In this document: positions 1-8,470 of the stretch, piece after piece
Position numbering within the stretch: position 1 is the stretch's first letter
Layout of the letters: every line of letters begins with the position of its first letter
From: Oligoflexales bacterium
Lineage (GTDB): Bacteria > Bdellovibrionota_B > Oligoflexia > Oligoflexales > JBIKVD01
Length of the DNA stretch: 59,588 bases
Direction: 5' to 3'
Assembly (NCBI GenBank): GCA_044357055.1
Contig: JBIKVD010000001.1
Span: 1 to 59,588, forward strand
Notes under the pieces: model-generated
Seen by the model: the letters and a program-made list of their open reading frames with translations, nothing else
Told to the model about the DNA's origin: nothing
The model's database searches: none
Made by a program: the position numbers and the translations under genes

Positions 1-1503
1 GTTATTGGTCGGGAAGGTCAAAGCCTAGAGGTCATCGTCCTTACGGACGAGGAGGTATCCCGTCAGCATTTCCTCATAAAAAAGCGCGGACGGCTCTATA
101 TCCTGCAGGATCTAGATTCAAAAAATGGCACCTATGTCAACGGCGATAGAGTCCACAACTCCATCCTCCGAAATGGGGACAAGATACTGGTTGGATCCAC
201 CGAGCTTAGCTTCATCAGCTCAGAAGCCAGGATTCAACTCGGCAAGCAGATCCATGATCATAAAATGATCGTCGATGAGGAAGGGGAGCCCTTTTCCGGA
301 AGTCGCATCGTCATCTCTCAAGATGCAAAAGCCACCCAAAACACCCAGATCAAACTGGGAACCTTCACCATTATGCAAGGAAACCAGGACCATCTCGCAG
401 CAACGAAGCTGATTTATGATCTACATGCTAACCTTCTGGTGATTACCGACATCCACGAAGCGGCACGTACGGTGCTGAAATTCATTCATCAATTGCTCCC
501 CAGCGTTGACCGAGCGACGTTCTTAATGTGGCCCAACAACTCCCAATATCTGACGCCTTTCGCCGTTACCCACTTTACGAGGGAACGTGCCCTGCGTCTC
601 AACAAAGCTGCCCTAGAAGAAGTCATCAATCGTAAGCAAGGGATTCTCATTGCAGCAGACCCTCACTCCCATGTGGATTTGCGTGCCCTGTTACCTGTCA
701 TTCATAACAACCACATGTTAGGGATCATTCACTTGGAATCTGCCAATCCCAATGGCTTTCCAGCGCCAATCATCGATCAAGTCAATGCCTTCCTTGCACG
801 ATGTGCGCCCTCACTAGAATCTATGTATCTGCGGCAGGAGTTAGATGCATGGCTGGTAGGCACCATGGAAACCATGATAAGTGCCATCGAAGCCAAAGAT
901 ACCTATACTTACGGGCACTCGGAGCGAGTCAGTCGCTATTGTATGGCTATCGCCAATGAATTGAAATTGGATCGACACACGAAAAAACTGCTGCTGGCAA
1001 GTTCCTTGTGTCACGACGTTGGAAAAGTAGGAATTCCTGACAACATTTTGAAGAAAGCTGCGCTACTAAGCCCTGACGAATACGAAGAAATGAAGCTACA
1101 TCCCACCATTGGCGCTGATATCATTTCCCACTTGCCGAATTCGCGTAAATTCATCTCTGGCGTCAAATATCATCATGAAAAATGGGATGGAACTGGTTAT
1201 CCTGAGGGCCTCGTCGCTGAGGAAATTCCCTTTTTTGCTCGTATCGTCTGCATCGCAGATGTCTTTGATGCTATGGTTTCTGGGCGCTCCTATTCTGGAT
1301 TTATGGATCAAAATGATGCCGCGGAAAAATTAGCATCAGAGGCAGAGCTGTTTGATCCTGAGGTTCTCAAGGCTTTTGTCAGAGCTCAAGACAGTGGAGC
1401 CTTAACTTTGAAAACTAGCACCCTCAATCAAGCTTTGCCCGACAGCGAGACCGAAATCAATTATGCCCAGGATTTTTTGCAAATAGATAAAAAGGAATCC
1501 TAA
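1..1503 (+). CDS. FHA / GAF-like / HD-GYP signalling protein, c-di-GMP phosphodiesterase type (5' end outside window)
   Basis: Frame 1 is open from base 1 and continues into listed ORF 265..1503. The N-terminal part reads VIGREGQSLEVIVLTDEEVSRQHFLIKKRGRLYILQDLDSKNGTYVNGDRV..GDKILVGSTELSF, an FHA signature. The C-terminal half carries HSERVSRY, CHDVGKVGIP, HHEKWDGTGYPEGL and ADVFDAMVSGRSY, an HD-GYP signature. Confidence 0.85.
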   Translation, partial: VIGREGQSLEVIVLTDEEVSRQHFLIKKRGRLYILQDLDSKNGTYVNGDRVHNSILRNGDKILVGSTELSFISSEARIQLGKQIHDHKMIVDEEGEPFSGSRIVISQDAKATQNTQIKLGTFTIMQGNQDHLAATKLIYDLHANLLVITDIHEAARTVLKFIHQLLPSVDRATFLMWPNNSQYLTPFAVTHFTRERALRLNKAALEEVINRKQGILIAADPHSHVDLRALLPVIHNNHMLGIIHLESANPNGFPAPIIDQVNAFLARCAPSLESMYLRQELDAWLVGTMETMISAIEAKDTYTYGHSERVSRYCMAIANELKLDRHTKKLLLASSLCHDVGKVGIPDNILKKAALLSPDEYEEMKLHPTIGADIISHLPNSRKFISGVKYHHEKWDGTGYPEGLVAEEIPFFARIVCIADVFDAMVSGRSYSGFMDQNDAAEKLASEAELFDPEVLKAFVRAQDSGALTLKTSTLNQALPDSETEINYAQDFLQIDKKES

Positions 1504-1554
1504 CCGCCCGCATATGAACCGTTTGATCGCTATTCTAGATTTCTAGTGCCCACC

Positions 1555-1585
1555 TTGCACGCTTTCGCTGCATTTAAGCTATAAT
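1555..1585 (+). promoter_or_regulatory. Possible sigma70-type promoter (TTGCAC-N19-TATAAT) ahead of the exbB-like operon
   Basis: TTGCAC at 1555-1560 and a perfect TATAAT at 1580-1585 lie in the 126-156 nt intergenic gap. The 19-nt spacer is longer than optimal. Confidence 0.3.
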
Positions 1586-1659
1586 CAAATAGTTGTTTCA
1601 TCGCTGCCAATCAAATCCTACATGCCAAGATGCTGCGGATCTACCAGGGGAGTGTGTCT

Positions 1660-2469
1660 ATGTGGGGTGAAATCGCTCACAGCCTACAATCGGGAAATCT
1701 CTATTTGATTGTGATGATGGCGTTGGCTTTCATTGGTTTGATCATGCTTTTTGAGCGTTTGATCGCTATATCTGTCGTATATAACTACAACCATCAAAAA
1801 TTTATGGAACAAATGCGCAAGACCATTGCTGCTGAAGATTTTGATCGCGCCCGCAGCATCTGTCAATCCGCCTCAAAAACCTCACTGCCCCATATCGCCA
1901 AAAAAGCTATCGATGCTCACGTGAATGACCCAGAAAAAGCTGAATCCGCTTTGAGTGAAGAAACCTTGGAGTTTCTACCAAAGGTAGAAGCTCGAATCGG
2001 CGCCTTGGCCTCCATCGCAACCCTAGTTGTACTGGTCGGCGTTCTTGGTACGATAGATAGTCTCTGGCAGACCTTTCATTCTCTTGATGTTCTTGATTCC
2101 GAACAAAAACAAGCCCTCGCTAGCCAAGGGGTGGCTCAGGCACTCAATCCCACCGCTTTAGGCATTCTGGTAGCCATACTACTTATATTTGGTCAGCAAA
2201 TCATTAAATCCATGGCAACTCAGCTCTTAGATCGGGTTCAATTTGGGGTCCAAGTCCTTCATAATTTACTGGTGCCAAAGCAATTAGCCTATGCAATGCC
2301 AGCAGCAGGTGCGGCACCGATTGGCCTCTCCGGTGGAGTGGGTGCTGAATCTTTTGATGCTGTGGATGAGGTCAGTGACCAGGTTGTGGACGCAAGCGGT
2401 GGGAGAAATCATGCGCCGATCGATGATTCAAGAGTTGAAGATATCAAAGACGAAGAAGAGATTATCTAG
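1660..2469 (+). CDS. MotA/TolQ/ExbB-family proton-channel protein with an acidic C-terminal tail
   Basis: Topology and motifs are typical of the family: an N-terminal TM (LYLIVMMALAFIGLIMLFERL), a cytoplasmic loop, then two TMs (ALASIATLVVLVGVLGTI and ALGILVAILLIFGQQII). AGGGGAG at 1646-1652 sits 7 nt before the ATG at 1660. An alternative ATG lies at 1630. Confidence 0.7.
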   Translation: MWGEIAHSLQSGNLYLIVMMALAFIGLIMLFERLIAISVVYNYNHQKFMEQMRKTIAAEDFDRARSICQSASKTSLPHIAKKAIDAHVNDPEKAESALSEETLEFLPKVEARIGALASIATLVVLVGVLGTIDSLWQTFHSLDVLDSEQKQALASQGVAQALNPTALGILVAILLIFGQQIIKSMATQLLDRVQFGVQVLHNLLVPKQLAYAMPAAGAAPIGLSGGVGAESFDAVDEVSDQVVDASGGRNHAPIDDSRVEDIKDEEEII

Positions 2470-2968
2470 CCACGCAGCCAACAAGACCATCGTGTTGCTG
2501 ACTTTGTTCGGATTGTGCGTGGTATTTGGCTATCTCGTCCGCGTTCTCGACCTAACCTGGCCTATTGGAACGATTACTATGTCGCTGCCTATCGCTGCTT
2601 CTAAGGATGACGAAGAACAGCTTGCGTCTATAGGTAAGGTCTCCCGGCTGCAAGATGACTCCATGGTAGTGGCCTTAGTCAAGCATGGAATTCTCTTTGG
2701 GCCTCTCAGCGCCTTTACGAGTCAATACTTACAAAAGAACGGCCGCTACGAAATCCCTCATCAGGATCGGAGGCCCAACTTACAAGAATTAGTGCTAACC
2801 ATGGAGCGTTGGCGGCAGACTCCGAATGCTCTACAGATCGACTGGACGGGGCCTTTACTATTGATCCCTGATCAGCAAATCCCCATGCCAATTGTATTGC
2901 AGACGATTGCAACACTCAAACGCCATGCAGGGTTCGAAAATATCATATTAAGCGATGGCCTATTATGA
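2411..2968 (+). CDS. ExbD/TolR-like single-pass membrane protein (paralog 1, divergent)
   Basis: It has a short basic N-terminus, one TM (TIVLLTLFGLCVVFGYLV) and an ExbD-like C-terminal end (LLLIPDQQIPMPIVLQTIATLKRHAGFENIILS). GGGAG lies 5 nt before the ATG at 2411. The start sits inside the tail of the upstream gene. Confidence 0.45.
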   Translation: MRRSMIQELKISKTKKRLSSHAANKTIVLLTLFGLCVVFGYLVRVLDLTWPIGTITMSLPIAASKDDEEQLASIGKVSRLQDDSMVVALVKHGILFGPLSAFTSQYLQKNGRYEIPHQDRRPNLQELVLTMERWRQTPNALQIDWTGPLLLIPDQQIPMPIVLQTIATLKRHAGFENIILSDGLL

Positions 2969-3501
2969 GATTACTTTTTCTTCCCGACTTCTTTCAATCT
3001 ACTCGGCAGCACGTCAAAGCCGACAGACCCTGGCTGGTTCTGCCATGCCTCATCAGCGCCATGAGCTTTCTCTTGGCTTCACACTACCTTTCCGCCGTGG
3101 AGAGCAAAAGCTTTCCCAGCAGCAGGCTTTCTGTGCTGAGTGAAGCGAACTCCTACCAGGGGCCTATTCAAATCAGTCTCTATCCGACCGATGAGGTGAT
3201 GCACTTGAAGGTAGGTGATTTGGTCCTTCCCTACGATCCAAATGATCCTGAGCAAGGCTCCTTGCAAGAGCTACTTAAGGAAGCCATCGCGAAAATAGCA
3301 CTTCGCCAAACCCTGAGCGGCTCATTGGATCCTTCTTCGACCTTTTTTGCCATCAACGTCGATGAGCGGGTTCCCTTCGGCTCGGTGCGTCCCCTGCTAA
3401 GAGTTATGGCTGGACTCGGAATTACGGATTATGGATTCAACGTCAAGCAACCTGCGCAAAAGCAATACGCGGATCAAAGTGATGAAAAAAGGCGATTTTG
3501 A
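2965..3501 (+). CDS. ExbD/TolR-like single-pass membrane protein (paralog 2)
   Basis: ATGA start/stop overlap with the previous gene at 2965-2968. It has one TM (WLVLPCLISAMSFLLASHYL) and an ExbD-like C-terminus (FFAINVDERVPFGSVRPLLRVMAGLGITDYGFNV). Confidence 0.5.
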   Translation: MRLLFLPDFFQSTRQHVKADRPWLVLPCLISAMSFLLASHYLSAVESKSFPSSRLSVLSEANSYQGPIQISLYPTDEVMHLKVGDLVLPYDPNDPEQGSLQELLKEAIAKIALRQTLSGSLDPSSTFFAINVDERVPFGSVRPLLRVMAGLGITDYGFNVKQPAQKQYADQSDEKRRF

Positions 3502-5116
3502 GTTCACAGTAAAGGTCCTGCAGAACGGTAGCGAGGTTGCCAGCCTATGCAAGCCGCTTGGACGTTGGTCGGTAGGGATCTCAAATCTTATGGGATCTAA
3601 ATTCACGGTACCTCATTATCGGATCCCTAGAGATAGTTTGCAGTTTGTGGGCCAAGCCAGCCAAGTCTCAGTTACCATCGAAGGCCCCTGGTCTGGACTC
3701 ATTCAAACTAAGAAAAAACTCTATCACGGAAATCCAAGCTCCAATGAACCCACCCTCATTGATATGAACCCTGGAGATATGGGAGCCATGAAATTTCATG
3801 GGCTGGATATCACATGGAAATTTGCAAAACCAAGCCTCCCAAAGAAGGAGAAATTGTCATCTAGCTATCGGGGTGGCTTGTTCATGTTCTTTTCGGGATG
3901 GTTTCCTCACCCAATGGCTACCAGCTGGGCTATTTTGCTTAGCATGGTTATGGTCGGTGGTGTGACGGGTGGTCTACTGACAAGAAAAGCCTATCGGCCA
4001 TCTCATCTGAGTGAGCTACCTGCAAACTTTACCCTTGCTATGATTGCCCCAGAGAACCTGAAAACTTTGCCAGAAGCCTTAAATGAAAAATTAGGACCCA
4101 CCGACTATATTGCACAAAGTATTCAATATTATGAATCGTTGGTGCAAATGGAATACGGGATGGCAATCTCAGCGAGCCACCTTCTGTATCCTAGCTCTAT
4201 AGCTCTAGCGAGCGAGAATCTGGCTGCAACCCGTGAAGAGAGGGCGAGCAGACTCGCCGAATTGTCTGCCCAGGATCAGGCTAGCGCCAATGATCCCAAC
4301 AAAGCTAAAATCGCCTTGAGCGCTGTCTTGCCAACACCCCTTAGCCAACAACTGACCTCGCTTGACGAAAAGGTACACCATTATCATGCAAGCCTTCACG
4401 AGCTGTTAGCAGACAGGAAGTTGGCAGCTCGGCAATTTGGCAGCGATAAGCCCTATGACTATTCCGAATATTTTAATGGGAAACAAAAATCGCAACTGGG
4501 ATCTACGACGAAAAGTATGGAACCCTCCGAATTGAGCAAGATTAAAATCGAGGGGCTTTATAGCGAGGAGGAAAAAATATACTTAATTGCCGATAATCTC
4601 GCCGCTAGGGCGGAGAGAATTCAAGGCAATCGCCACCAATCCCAGGGAGCCAAAAAGGAAATCGGACAAAATCGTGTGGTGGTTTTTAACCCCTCCGAAC
4701 TTCCCCTAGCCATGAGTCCAGTCTCCTTTTCCATGGTTTCTGAGGAAATGTTGAGCTCTCTTCGCGGCACGACCTTTGGTCAAAAGGCCAAGCCCGTCCG
4801 TACTGAGGAAGTTGCGACTGGAATCTTAGATCCCAATGCTGTGGAAAGTATTATTGCCGAAAATCAATTTAGGCTGCGACTATGCTTTGAAGCCGCCTTG
4901 AGGCGCGATCAAAACGTCAAGGGCTCCATGCAATGGCGCTGGCGCATTGACAACGGAGGGAAACCCCAGAATTTGCAACTTGTTTTCACTTCAATCGAGG
5001 ATCAGACGATGGTACGATGCATCCGAAATGTCATGTTGACATGGGTTTTTCCGCAACCAAAGAATGGCAGCGTCCTTGTAAATCGCTCCTTCGAATTTCA
5101 GGCTGAAGCAGGTTAA
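3482..5116 (+). CDS. Bitopic protein with an AgmX/PglI-type (TonB-C-like) C-terminal domain
   Basis: It has an N-terminal beta-rich cytoplasmic domain of about 150 aa, one TM (WAILLSMVMVGGVTGGLL, about 3921-3985) and a long low-complexity or coiled linker. The C-terminal roughly 97 aa (about 4823-5113) read ILDPNAVESIIAENQFRLRLCFEAAL..VKGSMQWRWRI..GKPQNLQLV..MVRCIRNVMLTWVFPQPKNGSVLVNRSFEF, which fits the two-Cys AgmX/PglI tail pattern. The start is uncertain (3431, 3479 or 3482). Confidence 0.55.
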   Translation: MKKGDFEFTVKVLQNGSEVASLCKPLGRWSVGISNLMGSKFTVPHYRIPRDSLQFVGQASQVSVTIEGPWSGLIQTKKKLYHGNPSSNEPTLIDMNPGDMGAMKFHGLDITWKFAKPSLPKKEKLSSSYRGGLFMFFSGWFPHPMATSWAILLSMVMVGGVTGGLLTRKAYRPSHLSELPANFTLAMIAPENLKTLPEALNEKLGPTDYIAQSIQYYESLVQMEYGMAISASHLLYPSSIALASENLAATREERASRLAELSAQDQASANDPNKAKIALSAVLPTPLSQQLTSLDEKVHHYHASLHELLADRKLAARQFGSDKPYDYSEYFNGKQKSQLGSTTKSMEPSELSKIKIEGLYSEEEKIYLIADNLAARAERIQGNRHQSQGAKKEIGQNRVVVFNPSELPLAMSPVSFSMVSEEMLSSLRGTTFGQKAKPVRTEEVATGILDPNAVESIIAENQFRLRLCFEAALRRDQNVKGSMQWRWRIDNGGKPQNLQLVFTSIEDQTMVRCIRNVMLTWVFPQPKNGSVLVNRSFEFQAEAG

Positions 5117-5120
5117 AATC

Positions 5121-6818
5121 ATGGATCCAAAAAAGACTCACCTCATCCCCATGGGAGGTTGTGGCGAGTTTGGTAAGAATTTAACACTCTACGTCAGGAA
5201 TCGACGGATCTACGTCGTGGATTGCGGCATCAAATTTGCTGACGAGCGGATGCTGGGGGTATCCGGCCTCATTCCGGCCGTTGCCGAGGCTTTTGCTGAA
5301 TTTGGTGAGGTCGCAGCCTACCTTATTACGCATGGTCATGAGGATCACATTGGGGGAATCCCCTACATCGCTAGCCGCTGGCCAGCGCCCATCTTTTGTA
5401 CGCCCTGGACAAGGCGGTTAATTGAAAAGCGTCTCAATCGTTTGGGTTGGCCACCAGATACCTACGAACTGAATACAGTTCAGCCGGGAGCGGAGCTCGA
5501 ATTTTCTGATTTAAAGGTGACCTATGTGCCGGTGAATCATTCCATTCCCCACTGCTGCTCGCTCTATATGAGGTTCCCTGACTGTAAAATCTTTCATACC
5601 GGCGATTTCAAAATTGATCCTGATCCTGTGGTTGAACCAAAAACTGATTTCCGGCGTTTAGCGGCTATCGGGGCAAGTGGTGTCGACTACATGATATCTG
5701 ATAGTACTAGCGTCGAAATTCCTGGGCCCAGCCTCGGAGAAAAGGACGTTAAGAAAGCCCTTTTAGCGGTCGTCGCTGAAGCAAAAGGGCGCATCTATTT
5801 GACGACCTTTGCAAGTAATTTCTGGCGCGTTAAGAGCATCATGGAAATTTGCTCCCAATTGGGCAAAAAACTCTTTGTTGCCGGGACGGGGTTCTTCCAA
5901 ACTCTGGAGCTCGCTCGAGAGTTCGAAATGATCGGAACGGAAGCTCAATGTATTGTTGAGGAACATGAGTTGGCCGGCCTACCCAGAGATCAGACTGTGG
6001 TTTTAGCCTCGGGGAGCCAGGGAGAATGGCGCTCGGCCATGTATCGCATTTCTCTTGATGAGCTGCCAAATCTTCGAGTGCGAGCCGGCGACACCGCCAT
6101 ATTCTCTGCACGAGTGATTCCCGGCAACGAGAAAAATCTGTTCCAACTTATGAGCCGCTTACGCTACTTCGGCGCAAGCTTAATTTATCCGCGAAGTCAT
6201 CCCGGGATCCATATTAGTGGCCATGCTCAAAGGGGAGATGTTGAAGTCTATTTGGAACATCTAAAGCCAAAACACTTTTTTGCGGTCCACGGAACCTATC
6301 TGCAACTAACAGAAAATCAGCAAATCGGCATGAATCAAACCACGGGCCAAACCAGTCTTCTCCTGGAAAATGGCAGTATGATTGCTTTAGGTGAACAGCC
6401 TCTCCCCATAGGTAAGCTTGAGGTCAAAGCAGAATTTATTGATCAGGGATCTAGCATCCCGATGGACTATGAAACCATACGGGATCGTCATCGCCTGGGC
6501 GAAAACGGTGGTGCTATTTTATCCGGCGTTATGGGAAAGAATGGATCGCTCTGGTTATCCCCCTTGGAGGTAACCCTCATTGGCATATCCTTGGCGAGCG
6601 ATCGCGCTACCGAAGATTTTCTTGCTGATCTGGAGACCTTTCTTATGAAGTCTGTTCGGCATTTTATGAGTCAAATGGCAGCCGGAAAGTCCGCTCAGGC
6701 CTCAGATCCAGAAAAAATTATGATTATCAATGAACATGCACGTCGCGTGGCACGAAAGTACTTTTTTGACGAGATAAAAACCAAGCCTGTCGTCATGAGC
6801 CATCTCTTCTTGACCTAG
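5121..6818 (+). CDS. rnj: Ribonuclease J (metallo-beta-lactamase / beta-CASP family)
   Basis: N-terminus IPMGGCGEFGKNLTLY, motif ITHGHEDHIGGIPY, a size of about 565 aa and a beta-CASP-like middle region. It starts 4 nt after the upstream stop. Confidence 0.85.
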   Translation: MDPKKTHLIPMGGCGEFGKNLTLYVRNRRIYVVDCGIKFADERMLGVSGLIPAVAEAFAEFGEVAAYLITHGHEDHIGGIPYIASRWPAPIFCTPWTRRLIEKRLNRLGWPPDTYELNTVQPGAELEFSDLKVTYVPVNHSIPHCCSLYMRFPDCKIFHTGDFKIDPDPVVEPKTDFRRLAAIGASGVDYMISDSTSVEIPGPSLGEKDVKKALLAVVAEAKGRIYLTTFASNFWRVKSIMEICSQLGKKLFVAGTGFFQTLELAREFEMIGTEAQCIVEEHELAGLPRDQTVVLASGSQGEWRSAMYRISLDELPNLRVRAGDTAIFSARVIPGNEKNLFQLMSRLRYFGASLIYPRSHPGIHISGHAQRGDVEVYLEHLKPKHFFAVHGTYLQLTENQQIGMNQTTGQTSLLLENGSMIALGEQPLPIGKLEVKAEFIDQGSSIPMDYETIRDRHRLGENGGAILSGVMGKNGSLWLSPLEVTLIGISLASDRATEDFLADLETFLMKSVRHFMSQMAAGKSAQASDPEKIMIINEHARRVARKYFFDEIKTKPVVMSHLFLT

Positions 6819-6860
6819 GTCTACCTAAGTAGATCCTCCTCACCGTGGGGCCTTTTGTAG

Positions 6861-7481
6861 ATGACGCCACTGATACTATCAGCCGTACCATTCGAAGTAG
6901 CTCCCACCATTCATGCTCTCGCACTAAAGCATATTGCCTTCGACTATCAAGATGTGGGCATTGGGCCCTTTTCCCCTGAGCGAGGCCTAAGCCAACTCCC
7001 TATCCAAGCCCAGGGCCGGGATGTGGTTTTTATCGGCACTTGCGGCGTCTTTGGTGCTTTTGTCGAGCCGCGACTTGTACTCGCTATCGAGGCGCACTGG
7101 CTGCCAACTTGCGAACGTCATCAACTCTCTTATCAAGCGGCACAACCCTTACCCCCTCTGCGGTGGAGAGTTCCAGACATCGATGCAGAGGCGCCCATCG
7201 AAAAGTGTTCCGCGATTTGTGCCCCTAACGTAAGTCTTAGCGACAAGCTTCCCGATAAGTACCAACAAAGCTCCTTATTATTGGTGGAGACGATCGAACT
7301 CTATCGGGTGGCGAGAATGGTGCTACCTGTGGCGAAGTCTTTTCGAGTCCTCCTAGGTATCACGAACGCTGTTGGGCCCCTTGCAAGAGAACAGTGGCTC
7401 TCCCATCACAGCAAATGCGCCAAAATGAGTTCTGACTTTGTGATAGAAAGTTGGACTTCATCGGCAGGTTTAGGACAATAA
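6861..7481 (+). CDS. Nucleoside phosphorylase-fold protein (PNP_UDP_1-like; possible futalosine hydrolase / MTA nucleosidase relative)
   Basis: The N-terminus MTPLILSAVPFEVAPTIHAL, FIGTCGVFG and VETIELYRVA resemble this fold family. The call rests on weak motif-level evidence only. Confidence 0.3.
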   Translation: MTPLILSAVPFEVAPTIHALALKHIAFDYQDVGIGPFSPERGLSQLPIQAQGRDVVFIGTCGVFGAFVEPRLVLAIEAHWLPTCERHQLSYQAAQPLPPLRWRVPDIDAEAPIEKCSAICAPNVSLSDKLPDKYQQSSLLLVETIELYRVARMVLPVAKSFRVLLGITNAVGPLAREQWLSHHSKCAKMSSDFVIESWTSSAGLGQ

Positions 7482-7501
7482 AAACCGAGCGATGCCCACT
7501 T

Positions 7502-7541
7502 GGAATCTTTGGCCAAAAATGGCAAGATTCCTTTAAGTTTT
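7502..7541 (+). terminator. Putative intrinsic terminator closing the exbB-like..rnj..PNP-like unit
   Basis: A perfect 8-bp stem, GGAATCTT (7502-7509) / AAGATTCC (7524-7531), encloses a 14-nt loop and is followed by TTTAAGTTTT. It begins 21 nt after the stop at 7481. Confidence 0.45.
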
Positions 7542-7671
7542 GCAAAGCTACCTTTTCAGTAACACGGCTCAGAATCTCTCGAAGCTTCTGAAATTCGGCG
7601 ATAAGTAGATTTTGCCCTAAGGGGGATCTTCAAAGCGTCGATATACTGTAAATCACAACGCACTCTAAATA

Positions 7672-8451
7672 TTGGCGGAATTGCAATTGTTGAAACTGCA
7701 GGCACAAGGAAAGACAGATATTGGACGCGTTAGAAGCGTCAATCAAGACAGTTTTGCGGTTGATGACCAGCATCGCATCTATATTGTCGCAGATGGCATG
7801 GGCGGACATGCTGGGGGCGAAATCGCAAGCAAGCTATGCATCGAATGCATCCGCCAATATGTGCAAACGAATGCGACATTCTTTCAAGATAAATTAGATC
7901 GGACTCACCCCGACGGCAAGATAACGGAAACGCTTTCCTCTGGAATCAATTTTGCGTCGATGAAAATCTATGAACGTGCTCTGGAAGAGCCCGCTCTCAA
8001 AGGCATGGGCACCACGGCCACAGCTCTCTCTTTTGCGGACAATTACGCCTATTGCGCTCATGTTGGTGATAGCCGGCTGTACTTATTCCGTTGTGGTTTC
8101 ATTTACCAGCTCACATCAGATCACTCTTTGGTTAATGAGCAAATACAGGCGGGAATCCTTAGCCGTGAAGAAGCAAAATATCATCATTTGCGAAATGTCA
8201 TCACGCGAAGTGTGGGATTTCAGGAGTTTGAAGATGTTGACACCTACTTCCTAGCCGTGGAACCGGGGGATATATTCCTTATTTGTTCCGATGGGCTAAC
8301 TGGAAAGGTGGACGACATTTCTATCGCTCAACAATTGCGTGAAAAGGGTCTTGAAGCCATTAGCCCATTAATTCAAATGGCTAATGACAAAGGTGGGGAC
8401 GACAATATAACGATCGTCCTCGTCGAGGTCCAACCGCGACATCAAGAGTAG
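7672..8451 (+). CDS. PP2C-family Ser/Thr protein phosphatase (Stp/PrpC type)
   Basis: DIGRVRSVNQDSF, VADGMGGHAGGEIAS, GTTATAL, HVGDSRLY, LTSDHSLV, ICSDGLT and GGDDNITIVLVEV are present. The start codon is TTG. Confidence 0.9.
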   Translation: MAELQLLKLQAQGKTDIGRVRSVNQDSFAVDDQHRIYIVADGMGGHAGGEIASKLCIECIRQYVQTNATFFQDKLDRTHPDGKITETLSSGINFASMKIYERALEEPALKGMGTTATALSFADNYAYCAHVGDSRLYLFRCGFIYQLTSDHSLVNEQIQAGILSREEAKYHHLRNVITRSVGFQEFEDVDTYFLAVEPGDIFLICSDGLTGKVDDISIAQQLREKGLEAISPLIQMANDKGGDDNITIVLVEVQPRHQE

Positions 8452-8470
8452 GAAGTAGGGTAGCACTGAC

